Counted from the stretch's first letter, positions 30,040-40,184 are shown. The stretch: DNA of 63,169 nt from Lapillicoccus sp. (GCA_035762725.1 DASTNV010000289.1:1-63169); one strand, 5' to 3'. A program made the numbers and translations. The notes: generated by a model not told the origin, from the sequence alone.

Positions 30040-31041
30040 TCAGATTCCCCATCTCAGGGCCGGTGTATTGACCGGAGCGTCCCAGAGCGAGAGCAGCTCG
30101 TCATCCACCCGGAGCAGGGTGACGGACACGCCGGCCATGTCGAGCGAGGTGATGTAGGAGCCGACGAGCGATCTGGCCACCGGCACGCCGTGCTGGTCGA
30201 GGATCCTCTGTACCTCGTTGAACATGAGGTAGAGCTCGATGAGCGGCGTGCCACCGAGGCCGTTGACGAAGGCGATCACCGGATCGCCCTTGGCGAATGG
30301 CAGGTCGGAGAGGACAGGCTCGACAAGCAGCGCGGCGATCTCGCGCGCGGGTGCCAGTGGACGTCGCTCTCGACCGGGCTCACCGTGGATCCCGACGCCG
30401 AGCTCCATCTCGTCGTCCCCGAGCTCGAAGGTCGGATGACCGACCGCGGGCACGGTGCACGAGGTGAGCGCTAAGCCCATGCTGCGTCCGTTCACGTTCA
30501 CGGCGCGGGCGATCCTCGCGACCTCGTCGAGGTCGCGACCCTGCTCGGCGGCGGCTCCGGCGATCTTCTCGAGGAGGACCGTCACACCGACGCCGCGGCG
30601 CCCCGCCGTCCACGTGCTGTCCTGGACGGCCACGTCGTCGTCGGTGACGACCGAGACGACGCGAGCCCCGGTTTCGGCGGCCGCCATCTCGGCGGCCATC
30701 TCGAAGTTCATGACGTCGCCGGTGTAGTTCTTCACGACGTGCAGGATGCCGGCGCCGCCGTCCACCAGCTTCGTTGCGGCGAGGATCTGGTCCGGCACCG
30801 GCGACGTGAAGACGTCACCCGCACAGGCCGCATCCAGCATCCCCTGCCCGACGAACCCGCCGTGCAGCGGCTCGTGCCCCGAACCGCCCCCCGAGATGAT
30901 CCCCACCTTGCCGGTCGTCGGCGCGGCACCTCGGTAGATGACCTTGTTCTCGTAGTCGACCCGCAGGTCGGGATGAGCCGCCTCGACGCCGCGAAGGGCT
31001 TCAAGCACGACGTCGTTCGGGTCGTTGATGAGCTTTTTCAT
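30040..31041 (-). CDS. dhaK: Dihydroxyacetone kinase subunit K
   Basis: [37 protein letters not shown]. Confidence 0.96.
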   Translation of the reverse strand: MKKLINDPNDVVLEALRGVEAAHPDLRVDYENKVIYRGAAPTTGKVGIISGGGSGHEPLHGGFVGQGMLDAACAGDVFTSPVPDQILAATKLVDGGAGILHVVKNYTGDVMNFEMAAEMAAAETGARVVSVVTDDDVAVQDSTWTAGRRGVGVTVLLEKIAGAAAEQGRDLDEVARIARAVNVNGRSMGLALTSCTVPAVGHPTFELGDDEMELGVGIHGEPGRERRPLAPAREIAALLVEPVLSDLPFAKGDPVIAFVNGLGGTPLIELYLMFNEVQRILDQHGVPVARSLVGSYITSLDMAGVSVTLLRVDDELLSLWDAPVNTPALRWGI

Positions 31042-31087
31042 GAGAGTCCCTTTCGGTGCGACTGGTCAGCGGTCCTGATGCGGAGGG

Positions 31088-31879
31088 TCAGACGGCGGTG
31101 GCGGGCTGCGCGTCCGCCGTCTGCAGCTCGGGATCACCGAGGTCCAGGCCTGGGGCGGCCACGGAGGACTCAGCTGGGGTGCGCGTCAGGACGCCGTAGA
31201 GCAGGGCCGCGAGAACACCCGCCAGGAGCTCGGCGACGAGGTAGACCGGAAGCTGCGACCACTTCACCTGGCCGCCCGCGATCTGCTGGACGAGCATGGG
31301 TCCCACGGTACGAGCGGGGTTGATCGAGGCGCCCGTGGTCGGCGCCACGGGGATGATGGCCGCGAAGACGACCAGGCCGATCGCCACGCCGGCGAATCCG
31401 GCCGCCGCCTTGCGGTGGATCACGCCGAAGATCGTGAAGACGAGAATGAAGGTGCCCACGAACTCGGCGGTGAACGCCTGTACCCAGCTGATGTCGCCGT
31501 ACGACGCGACGCCCAGGCCGACATCGCTCGCCTTCTGACCGAGGACGCCGATTATCGCGGCAGCTCCGATAATCGCGCCGACGACCTGCGCGCCGATGTA
31601 TGCCGGCACCTGCGACCAAGGGAACTTGCCCGACACGGCAAGACCCAGCGTCACGGCCGGATTGATGTGGTTGCCACCCACATGGCCGAGGGCGTACACG
31701 GTGGCGATGACCACCGTGCCGAACGCCAGCGAGATCACGCCAAGGTCGGCCATGGTGAAGGGCGCGTTGCCGTTGACGATCAGGGTGGCGGGGACGGAGC
31801 CCACCCCGATGAACACGAGGAACGCGGTCCCGATCACCTCGGCACCCAGGCGTTGGAGGAAGTTGGTCTCGTCAAGCAT
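31088..31879 (-). CDS. MIP family channel (glycerol/DHA facilitator-like)
   Basis: Two NPA motifs (HINPAVT, SINPART). Confidence 0.92.
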   Translation of the reverse strand: MLDETNFLQRLGAEVIGTAFLVFIGVGSVPATLIVNGNAPFTMADLGVISLAFGTVVIATVYALGHVGGNHINPAVTLGLAVSGKFPWSQVPAYIGAQVVGAIIGAAAIIGVLGQKASDVGLGVASYGDISWVQAFTAEFVGTFILVFTIFGVIHRKAAAGFAGVAIGLVVFAAIIPVAPTTGASINPARTVGPMLVQQIAGGQVKWSQLPVYLVAELLAGVLAALLYGVLTRTPAESSVAAPGLDLGDPELQTADAQPATAV

Positions 31880-31914
31880 GGGCCTTGCTCCTTCGCAAGT
31901 AGGCTCCGAATTTG

Positions 31915-31931
31915 ATTCGACAATGTCGAAT
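31915..31931. promoter_or_regulatory. Palindromic operator for the divergent IclR (GylR-like) regulator
   Basis: ATTCGACA-A-TGTCGAAT, perfect arms, in an AT-rich divergent intergenic region. Confidence 0.7.
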
Positions 31932-32003
31932 GTGTTTTGGAGGCTACACCTGTGATTCACTGGTGAGCAAGGGTTTTCGATAACCACGTCGGAGGGACAG
32001 GAC

Positions 32004-32777
32004 GTGATCCAGTCGGTCGACCGGGCGATCCGCGTACTCAGCGCACTCCAGGGCGCGCGGAGGATGAGCCTCTCGGAGTTGGCCGCCCGCCTCGACCTCG
32101 CTCCGTCGACGACCCACGGCATCGTCCGGACTCTCGTCGAGCACGGCATGGTCGTGCAGGAGCGCGGATCGAGCCGCTACCAGCTCGGACCGGCGGTACT
32201 CCGGCTGGGAAACGTCTACCTCGACACCCTGGAGCTGCGATCGAGGGCCATCCCCTGGGCCGAGGATCTCGCCCGACGCACGGGTCTCGCCGTGCGCACC
32301 GGCGTGCTGCTCGTGGACGACGTCGTGATCATCCACCACGAGCCGCGGCCCGACGGCAGCCGGCAGATGCCCGAAGTCGGCATCGTGATCCCGGTCCACG
32401 CCAGCGCGCTCGGCAAGGCCATGCTCGCGTTCCTTCCTGAGGACGAGAAGCGCGTGCTGACCTCAGGCGACCTGCGCAGCATGACCGGGGAGACCATCGG
32501 CTCGCCGGACGTGCTCCGCGAGCAGCTCGACGAGATCCGGTCCAGCGGCATCGCGGTGGAGCAGGACGAGGCCGTGATCGGGGAGAGCTCCCTCGCGAGC
32601 CCGATCTTCGACTCCTACGCGGAAGCCGTCGGCGCCATCGGCGTGGTGATCCCGTCCGACGGCGACATCGCACGCCACGACGCCCGGGACCTGGTCCGTG
32701 AAGCGGCGCGGTCCGTGTCACGAGAGCTGGGCGCCGCGGCGTGGCCTCCACGGGGGATCTCGGACCGACAACCCTGA
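32004..32777 (+). CDS. IclR family regulator, GylR-like
   Basis: IQSVDRAIRVL, STTHGIVRTL, VIIHHEPRPDGSRQ, HASALGKA. Confidence 0.9.
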   Translation: MIQSVDRAIRVLSALQGARRMSLSELAARLDLAPSTTHGIVRTLVEHGMVVQERGSSRYQLGPAVLRLGNVYLDTLELRSRAIPWAEDLARRTGLAVRTGVLLVDDVVIIHHEPRPDGSRQMPEVGIVIPVHASALGKAMLAFLPEDEKRVLTSGDLRSMTGETIGSPDVLREQLDEIRSSGIAVEQDEAVIGESSLASPIFDSYAEAVGAIGVVIPSDGDIARHDARDLVREAARSVSRELGAAAWPPRGISDRQP

Positions 32778-32809
32778 ACCGGTCCTGACCACCGAGAGAC
32801 CGACCGGTG

Positions 32810-34027
32810 TCAGGGCTGAGTGAGCTCCTCGGCCGATGCCCCCCGCTCGATGGCCGGCATCCACCTCGTGACGATGACGAGGACGAACGAGAGGGCGAAC
32901 GGCAGCAGCATCGCCTTCTGTACGCCGTAGGTGTGCACCAGCCAGCCCAGGATCGCGGGTCCGGCAAGGAACGCGGCATACCCGAAGGTCACCACCACGG
33001 CGAGCATCCGGCCACCGCCGAGATAGCCCGACGCGGCATACACCTGGGGCGCGATCATTGCCACGCCGAACCCGACGAACGCCCATCCGACGAGCAGGAC
33101 CGGAACGGCCGTCGCGAACACCGTGATCGCGTAGCCGAGCGCCGCGGCCGCCGCGCCGGCCCACACCACCGGCCGGTGCCCGAACCGGGCCACGGCCCAG
33201 TCGCCGGCCAGCCGCATCGCGACCATGAACAACGTCACCGTGACGACGGCGATCGAGGCGGTGCCGGGGTCGACCCCCGCGACGTCAGCCATGTGGATCG
33301 ACGACCAGTCGTAGGCGGTGCCCTCCATGAGACCAAAGCAGATGGCCATCACGCCGAGCAGCCAGGCGATCCGCGGAATCTTCTCCTTGGTCCCGTCGAC
33401 GGCTCGGGGCGCGGGCTCCGTCTCGGGGATCCACCGCATCGTCACCAGCAGCGACACCAGCCCGAGCGCCGCGACCGTGAGCATCGCCGGCATGACGACC
33501 GACCCGCTCTCGTCGCCGAAGACCGCGGAGGTCGCGAAGACAACCGCTGCACCGGCGAACGACCCGATGCTCCAGAACGCGTGGAACCGGCTCATCACCG
33601 GCATCGGGCGGGCCTTCTCGACCGCAACGCCGAGGGCGTTCATCGCCACGTCCATCGCGCCGTTGCCCAACCCGATGAGGACCCCGGCCACAACGGCCAC
33701 CGGGAACGAGGTCGCGAAGGCCAGCACCGCCGCACCAACGACGAGCATCGGCATTACCGTCAACGTCACCCGACGGCTACCGACCCGGTCGGCGAGCCGG
33801 CCACCGACCTGCATCGAGGCGACCGCCGCGACGCCGACGACGAAGAGCAGCACGGCCAGCATGCCGGCGTCGATCCCCAACCGAGCCCGCAGTGCCGGAA
33901 GAACACCGGCCCACGCACCGATCACCAAGCCGTTGGTGGCGAAGAGCGACCCGACCGCCACGACGGCGGCCCGGCTGCCGTGCGCGACCGAGCGCACGCC
34001 GGCGGATGAGGTGGACTGGAGCGACAC
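32810..34027 (-). CDS. MFS transporter
   Basis: GGRLADRVGSR motif A, DVAMNA, FHAFWSIG, about 12 TM helices. Start approximate. Confidence 0.88.
   Translation of the reverse strand: MSLQSTSSAGVRSVAHGSRAAVVAVGSLFATNGLVIGAWAGVLPALRARLGIDAGMLAVLLFVVGVAAVASMQVGGRLADRVGSRRVTLTVMPMLVVGAAVLAFATSFPVAVVAGVLIGLGNGAMDVAMNALGVAVEKARPMPVMSRFHAFWSIGSFAGAAVVFATSAVFGDESGSVVMPAMLTVAALGLVSLLVTMRWIPETEPAPRAVDGTKEKIPRIAWLLGVMAICFGLMEGTAYDWSSIHMADVAGVDPGTASIAVVTVTLFMVAMRLAGDWAVARFGHRPVVWAGAAAAALGYAITVFATAVPVLLVGWAFVGFGVAMIAPQVYAASGYLGGGRMLAVVVTFGYAAFLAGPAILGWLVHTYGVQKAMLLPFALSFVLVIVTRWMPAIERGASAEELTQP
32855..32918. repeat. Right copy of 64-bp direct repeat (inside MFS 3' end)
   Basis: 62/64 identity to 26722-26785. 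Confidence 0.85.
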
Positions 34028-34135
34028 GACGGATCCTGTTGGGAGAGCGGGCAATCGCGCTCCAGCGTACGGGGAGCGGCCGACAACCCGAAAACCGGTG
34101 GGCGGCTTCGGACGTCCCGCGTACCGTGAGTCGAC

Positions 34136-35851
34136 GTGCGTCTTCCGTACGAGCATCCGGGCACCCCGGACCTGCGCGGCCCCTTGAGCTTCCTGGGCTG
34201 GGTGGGCCGGGGTCAGTGGCGCACCCTCACGGTGGCGACGTGCTTCGGCGTCATCTGGATGGTCACCCAGGCGCTCTTCCCGGCCGCGATGAGCCGGGCC
34301 ATCGACGCGGGGATCGTCGCCGGCGACACCCAGGCCCTGCTGCTGTGGTGCGGCGTCCTCGTCGCTCTCGGGGTGGTCAGCGCGCTGGCCGGCGCGTGGC
34401 GGCACTGGTTCGCGGTGCACAACTGGCTGCGGGCGGCGTTCCGCTCGATCCAGCTGGTCGGCTGGCACAGCGCCGACATCGGCGAGGCGCTCCCGCGGCA
34501 GACGCCGACCGGCGACGTCGTGGCGGTCGTCGCCTCCGACGCGATGCGGCTCGGCGGCCTCTTCGACGTCATCGCCCGGATGATCGGCGCCATCGTCAGC
34601 TACGTCGTCGTCGCCGTCATCCTGCTCGGCACCTCCCGGACTCTGGGCCTCGTCGTCCTCGTCGGCGTTCCGGTGCTCGTGGCGTTGCTGGCGTTCATCG
34701 TCCGCCCGCTCCAGCAGCGGCAGGCCCACCAGCGCGAGGAGTCCGGCCGGCTGATCGGCCTCGGCGCGGACACCGTCGCCGGCCTGCGCGTGCTGCGCGG
34801 CATCGGTGGCGAGCACACCTTCCTCCGACGGTATGCGTCCCAGTCCCAGCAGGTCCGCCAGGTCGGCTACCGCGTCTCCGGGGTCCAGGCGGCGCTCGAC
34901 GCCGCCCAGGTGCTGCTGCCCGGGGTGTTCGTCCTCGTCGTCACCTGGCTGGGCGCCCGATACGCGCTGCAAGGCGACATCTCGGTGGGCGAGCTGGTCG
35001 CCTTCTACGGGTACTCCGCGTTCCTCGTCCTGCCGCTGCGAACCGCCACGGAGTTCGTCGACCGGTTCAGCCGGGCCCACATCGGCGCCCGGAAGCTGAT
35101 CCGCGTCCTGTCGGTGACCCCGGACCACCGCGACCACCCCGACCGCTCGCGCCACGCGGCCGAGCCGCCGCGCGGTGTGCCGCTGGTCGACGAGCGCAGC
35201 GGCGTCGTCGTCGAACCTGGCCTGCTCACCGCCGTCGTCTCGGCCCGGCCCGAGGAGTCAGCGGCGCTTGCCGACCGGCTCGGCCGGTTCGGGCCGGACG
35301 CGGCCGGGGCCCGGCTCGGCTCGACACCCCTGCTCGACCTGCCGCTCGAGACCGTCCGGCGGCGCGTCGTCGTCAGCGAGACCGACCCGCGCCTCTTCAC
35401 GGGCACGCTGCGCGACGAGCTCGACCCGTGGGGCCGCTACGACGACGCGACCATCCTCCGCACCCTGTCTGTGGCGAGCGGCGAGGACGTGCTCGAGGCC
35501 CTGGCCGACGGCCTGGACAGCGAGGTCGAGGAGCGCGGCCGGTCGTTCTCCGGCGGCCAGCGGCAGCGCCTGGCGCTGACCCGGGCACTGCTCACCGGAG
35601 CCGAGACGCTGGTCCTCGTCGAGCCCACGAGCGCCGTCGACGCGCATACCGAGGCCCGCATCGCCGGCCGCCTCGCGGCGGCCCGCGAGGGGCTGACCAC
35701 CGCGGTGATGACCGCCAGCCCGCTGCTGCTCGACCACGCCGACCGCGTCCTGTTCCTCCAGGGCGGCATCGTCACGGCGAGCGGGACCCACCACGAGCTG
35801 ATGCGAACCAACCCGGCCTACCGGGCCGTTGTCGTCCGAGGGGAGGACTGA
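34136..35851 (+). CDS. ABC exporter half-transporter (TMD + degenerate NBD)
   Basis: TMD, FSGGQRQRLAL signature, LVEPTSAVD; Walker A not recognisable. Confidence 0.9.
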   Translation: MRLPYEHPGTPDLRGPLSFLGWVGRGQWRTLTVATCFGVIWMVTQALFPAAMSRAIDAGIVAGDTQALLLWCGVLVALGVVSALAGAWRHWFAVHNWLRAAFRSIQLVGWHSADIGEALPRQTPTGDVVAVVASDAMRLGGLFDVIARMIGAIVSYVVVAVILLGTSRTLGLVVLVGVPVLVALLAFIVRPLQQRQAHQREESGRLIGLGADTVAGLRVLRGIGGEHTFLRRYASQSQQVRQVGYRVSGVQAALDAAQVLLPGVFVLVVTWLGARYALQGDISVGELVAFYGYSAFLVLPLRTATEFVDRFSRAHIGARKLIRVLSVTPDHRDHPDRSRHAAEPPRGVPLVDERSGVVVEPGLLTAVVSARPEESAALADRLGRFGPDAAGARLGSTPLLDLPLETVRRRVVVSETDPRLFTGTLRDELDPWGRYDDATILRTLSVASGEDVLEALADGLDSEVEERGRSFSGGQRQRLALTRALLTGAETLVLVEPTSAVDAHTEARIAGRLAAAREGLTTAVMTASPLLLDHADRVLFLQGGIVTASGTHHELMRTNPAYRAVVVRGED

Positions 35852-37638
35852 TGGCGTTCCTCATGACGCCGCCGACGCGCACCACGCTGCCCGTCGCCGA
35901 GATGTCCTCCGTGCGCACGCAGACGGCGGGGATGCTCCGTCAACACCGGGGGCAGCTGGTCCTCGTCATCGGGCTGCACGCCCTCGCGGCGGTAGCCGCC
36001 CTCGTCGCGCCGCGGATCGTCGGGCTGCTCGTCGACACCGTCACCGGTCACGGCGAGATCGAGCACGTCGACCGGCTCGCCCTCGCGCTGGCCGCGGCCG
36101 TGGTCGTCCAGACCGTGCTGACCTGGTTCGCGCGACGCGCCTCGTTCCGGATGGGCGAGGACCTCTTCGCCGAGCTGCGCGAGCAGTTCATGAACCGCGT
36201 CGTCTCGCTGCCGCTGTCGACGGTCGAGCGGGCCGGCACCGGTGACCTCGTGTCGCGCACGACCAACGACGTCGAGGCGCTGTCGCACGTGGCGCGGTTC
36301 GGCATCCCGTCGATCTTCGTCGCCGTCGTGACCGTGACCATCACCGTCGTCGCGGCGTTCCTCACCGGGTGGATGGTTGCCCTGGCGGTCGTCGTCGGCT
36401 TCCCGCTGTTGTGGTTCTCGACGGCGTGGTACTTGCGGTATGCGCCGAACGGCTACCTGCGCGAGCGGGCGACCTACGCGGTGATGAACGGCGTCGTCAC
36501 CGAGTCCGTCGACGGTGCCCGGACCGTCGACGCGCTGCGCCTGGGCGCCCGCCGCCGGGCCCGGATCGACCGGGCCATCAGCGACGCCTACGACGCGGAG
36601 ATGTACACCCTGCGGCTGCGGATGTGGTGGTTCCCGCAGGTCGAGGTGGCCTACCTCGTCCCCGTCGCGATCACCCTGCTGTGGGGCGGGTTCCTCGTCG
36701 CCAACGGGCAGACCACGGTCGGTACGGTGACAGCGGTCGCGCTCTACGTCCAGGCCCTGGCCATGCCCCTCGACGAGCTGCTCATGTGGCTCGACGAGAT
36801 CCAGGTCGGCGCGACCTCTCTGGCCCGGGTCATCGGCATCGCCGACGTCCCGCCCGACCGGACCGCCAGCGGTGAGACCCCGCGCGACGCGAAGCTCGAC
36901 GTCGAGGACGTCCGGTATGCGTACCGGGCCGGCCGCGACGTGCTCAAGGGCGTCTCGCTGGACCTGGTGCCCGGCGAGCGGCTGGCCATCGTCGGTCCCT
37001 CGGGGGCCGGAAAGTCGACCTTGGGTCGGCTGATGGCCGGCATCGACGGGCCGCGCACCGGCCGGGTCGACGTCGGCGGCGTCCGGCTCGTCGACCTCGA
37101 GCTGGAGCGTCTACGTGGCGAGGTCGCTCTGGTCACCCAGGAGCACCACGTCTTCGTCGGGACCCTGGAGGACAACCTCCTGCTGGCCCGCCCGGGTGCG
37201 TCCCAGGACACCCTGTTGGCCGCGCTCGAGGCGGTCGACGCCCGCGTGTGGGCGCTCGCCCTACCCCGCGGGCTGGAGACCGAGGTCGGCAGCGGCGGGC
37301 ACGCCCTGACCACGGCCCAGGCGCAGCAGCTGGCGCTGGCCCGGCTGGTCCTGGCCGACCCGCATACCCTCGTGCTCGACGAGGCCACCTCGTTGCTCGA
37401 CCCGCGAGCGGCGCGGCACCTGGAGCGATCCTTGGCCGCGGTGGTGTCCGGGCGCACCGTGGTCGCCATCGCGCACCGGCTGCACACCGCGCACGACGCC
37501 GACCGCGTGGCCGTCGTCGACGACGGCGTGGTGACCGAGATCGGCACGCACGACGAGCTCATCGACGCCGACGGCGCCTACGCCGCGCTGTGGCGTTCGT
37601 GGCGCGACGAGCCCCGACCGTCGCCGGCTGGTCACTGA
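35851..37638 (+). CDS. ABC exporter half-transporter (TMD + NBD)
   Basis: GPSGAGKST, LVLDEATS, IAHRL; TGATG coupling. Confidence 0.92.
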   Translation: MAFLMTPPTRTTLPVAEMSSVRTQTAGMLRQHRGQLVLVIGLHALAAVAALVAPRIVGLLVDTVTGHGEIEHVDRLALALAAAVVVQTVLTWFARRASFRMGEDLFAELREQFMNRVVSLPLSTVERAGTGDLVSRTTNDVEALSHVARFGIPSIFVAVVTVTITVVAAFLTGWMVALAVVVGFPLLWFSTAWYLRYAPNGYLRERATYAVMNGVVTESVDGARTVDALRLGARRRARIDRAISDAYDAEMYTLRLRMWWFPQVEVAYLVPVAITLLWGGFLVANGQTTVGTVTAVALYVQALAMPLDELLMWLDEIQVGATSLARVIGIADVPPDRTASGETPRDAKLDVEDVRYAYRAGRDVLKGVSLDLVPGERLAIVGPSGAGKSTLGRLMAGIDGPRTGRVDVGGVRLVDLELERLRGEVALVTQEHHVFVGTLEDNLLLARPGASQDTLLAALEAVDARVWALALPRGLETEVGSGGHALTTAQAQQLALARLVLADPHTLVLDEATSLLDPRAARHLERSLAAVVSGRTVVAIAHRLHTAHDADRVAVVDDGVVTEIGTHDELIDADGAYAALWRSWRDEPRPSPAGH

Positions 37639-37729
37639 CGTCACCCTGCGCGTGCTGCGCCGGCTCGTCCGGGGCGTGTGTTTAGGTGGAAGAACCAGGT
37701 CAGACAGCCGGCCGGGAGGGGTTCTTCAC

Positions 37730-38950
37730 GTGGCCGACGTGAGTCGACGACGCGTGCTCTCGAGCGGGCTCGGAGCCGGAGCGGCCGCGCTGCTGGCCGG
37801 GTGCGAGGTGCCGAAAGCCGGCAGGGGGACCGGTCCGTCGGGCGGAGCAGCCGAGACCCCGGCGGCTGAGGCGACCACCAACCCGGACAACGACGGTTCG
37901 TGGCGCGACACCGGCCCGCAGCCGCACCAGCCGCAGCCGAAGGCCCTGGAGCCCGGCGAGACACCACCTCAGTTCGTCGTCATCTCCTGGGACGGCGCCG
38001 GTGAGAGCCCGCGCCTGCCGCTGCTGTCGCACTTCCGGGGCGTCGCGAAGGAGCTCAACGCGTCGATGACGCTGTTCCTCTCCGGTCTCTACTTCTTGCC
38101 CAAGGAGCAACGGACCCGCTACCACCCGCCGGGCCGCGCACCGGGAGCGTCGGCTATCCCGTTCCTCGGCGACGACGCCGTCCACGCGACGATCGACAAC
38201 ATCGGCCAGGCCTGGTCCGAGGGACACGAGATCGGCACCCACTTCAACGGGCACTTCTGCGGGGCCGGCGGCGTGGGTACCTGGACGCCGGACCAGTGGA
38301 AGGTCGAGGTCGACCAAGCCGTGAAGTTCGTCATGACCTGGCGGACGGCGACCGGCTTCACCGACCTGCCGCCGACGCCGTTCGACTATCGCAAGGAGCT
38401 CGTCGGCGGGCGGACGCCGTGTCTGGAAGGCTCGGCGAACCTCCGCACCACCGCGGGCGGGCTGGGCTGGCGGTACGACACCAGCTCCACCGGCACCCAG
38501 GTCTGGCCGAGCAAGGCCGGGCCGCTCTGGGCCCTCGACCTGCAGTCGATCCCGTTCTCGGGCGGCAAGGGCAGCGTCCTGTCGATGGACTACAACCTCA
38601 TGTACAACCAGTCGACAACGCCGAACGGGGACCCCGCCAAGCGGCCCGGCTGGCAGCGGGACGCCACCAACACCTACCTGGCCGGCTTCACCCGCGCCTA
38701 CGAGGGCAACCGGGCGCCGCTGATCATCGGCAACCACTTCGAGGACTGGAACGGCGGCATCTACATGCAGGCCGTCGAGGACGCGATGTGGACCATGGCG
38801 ACCTACCCCGACACGCGGTTCGTCTCGTTCCGGCAGCTCTGCGACTACCTCGACGCGCAGCCGCCGACCACGCTGGCCACGTTGCAGAAACTCCCGATCG
38901 GCACGGCCCCGTCGAAGGGCTGGGCGGCCTATCTGACGCCGGAAGGGTGA
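37730..38950 (+). CDS. Tat-exported lipoprotein, polysaccharide-deacetylase-like
   Basis: SRRRVL twin-Arg plus LAGC lipobox; PQFVVISWDG, GHEIGTHFNGH, NRAPLIIGNHF. Confidence 0.75.
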   Translation: MADVSRRRVLSSGLGAGAAALLAGCEVPKAGRGTGPSGGAAETPAAEATTNPDNDGSWRDTGPQPHQPQPKALEPGETPPQFVVISWDGAGESPRLPLLSHFRGVAKELNASMTLFLSGLYFLPKEQRTRYHPPGRAPGASAIPFLGDDAVHATIDNIGQAWSEGHEIGTHFNGHFCGAGGVGTWTPDQWKVEVDQAVKFVMTWRTATGFTDLPPTPFDYRKELVGGRTPCLEGSANLRTTAGGLGWRYDTSSTGTQVWPSKAGPLWALDLQSIPFSGGKGSVLSMDYNLMYNQSTTPNGDPAKRPGWQRDATNTYLAGFTRAYEGNRAPLIIGNHFEDWNGGIYMQAVEDAMWTMATYPDTRFVSFRQLCDYLDAQPPTTLATLQKLPIGTAPSKGWAAYLTPEG

Positions 38951-38975
38951 GCGCCGCGCTCGTCAGGCGCGCTCG

Positions 38976-40097
38976 TCAGGCGCGCTCGTACGGCGCCACG
39001 ACGACCTCGACCCGCTGGAACTCCTTGACGTCGGAGTAGCCGGTCGTCGCCATCGCCCGGCGTAGGGCGCCGATGAGGTTCGTCGTGCCGTCGGCCACCC
39101 GACCGGGGCCGAAGAGGATCTCCTCCAGCGGAGCGGTCGCCCCGACCTCGACGCGCTCACCGCGCGGCAGCTGGCCGTGGTGGGCCTCGGGTCCCCAGTG
39201 GTACCCCCGACCCGGCGCGTCGCTGGCCCGCGCCAGGGCCGCGCCCAGCATGACCGCGTCGGCGCCACATGCGATGGCCTTGACGATGTCACCCGAGGTC
39301 CCGACGCCACCGTCGCCGATGACGTGGACGTAGCGGCCACCGGACTCGTCGAGGTAGTCCCGGCGGGCGGCGGCGACGTCGGCGATGGCCGAGGCCATCG
39401 GCGCGTGGATGCCCAGGGTCCGCCGGGTTGTGTGGGCCGCGCCGCCCCCGAACCCGACCAGCACACCGGCGGCGCCGGTCCGCATCAGGTGAAGCGCCGC
39501 CGTGTAGGACGCCGCCCCGCCGACGATGACCGGGATGTCGAGCTCGTAGATGAACCGCTTGAGGTTGAGCGGTTCGGCGCGGCCGCTGACGTGCTCGGCG
39601 CTGACCGTCGTCCCGCGGATGACGAAGAGGTCGCAGCCGGCGTCGACGACGGTCTTCCAGTGCTGCTGGGTGCGCTGTGGGCTGAGTGCGCCGGCCACGG
39701 TGACCCCGGCCTGGCGCACCTCGCGCAGCCGTTCGGCGATGAGTTCGGGTTTGATGTCCTCGGCGTAGATCTCCTGCATCCGGGCGGTGGCCTTGGCCGG
39801 CTCCAGCCGGACGATCTCGTCGAGGTACGGCTCGGGGTCCTCGTACCGCGTCCACAGCCCCTCGAGGTCGAGGACGGGTAGGCCGCCGAGTTTGCCCAGC
39901 GCGATCGCCGCCTGCGGCGACATCACCGAGTCCATCGGTGCGGCGATCACCGGGATGGCAAAGTGGTAGGCGTCGATCTGCCAGGTGACCGAGACCTCCT
40001 CGGGGTCTCGGGTCCGGCGCGACGGCACGACGGCGATGTCGTCGAACGAGTAGGCGCGGCGACCCCGCTTGCCCCGGCCGATCTCGATCTCGGTCAT
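38976..40097 (-). CDS. guaB3: GuaB3 family IMP dehydrogenase-related protein
   Basis: IEIGRGKRGRRAYSFDDIAVVPSRRTRDP, LHLMRTGAAGVLVG. Confidence 0.93.
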   Translation of the reverse strand: MTEIEIGRGKRGRRAYSFDDIAVVPSRRTRDPEEVSVTWQIDAYHFAIPVIAAPMDSVMSPQAAIALGKLGGLPVLDLEGLWTRYEDPEPYLDEIVRLEPAKATARMQEIYAEDIKPELIAERLREVRQAGVTVAGALSPQRTQQHWKTVVDAGCDLFVIRGTTVSAEHVSGRAEPLNLKRFIYELDIPVIVGGAASYTAALHLMRTGAAGVLVGFGGGAAHTTRRTLGIHAPMASAIADVAAARRDYLDESGGRYVHVIGDGGVGTSGDIVKAIACGADAVMLGAALARASDAPGRGYHWGPEAHHGQLPRGERVEVGATAPLEEILFGPGRVADGTTNLIGALRRAMATTGYSDVKEFQRVEVVVAPYERA

Positions 40098-40184
40098 CGG
40101 GTGGTCGTCCCTCGCTGGCGCACCGCGCGAGCCTACCCGTCGGGGGCGGTGCGCTCGGCGCGCAGCACGGTCTCTGGTCCGCTC

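Larger units (their letters stand above)
26722..32918. mobile_element. Putative horizontally acquired dha island bounded by 64-bp direct repeats (no integrase seen)
   Basis: Direct repeats at both ends; cargo appears richer in A/T-ending codons than the flanks (by eye). Confidence 0.65.

Noticed and set aside
33892-37638. Single 1248-aa ABC protein
   Set aside because: The N-terminal half is an off-frame shadow; the real genes are 34136-35851 and 35851-37638, joined by TGATG.
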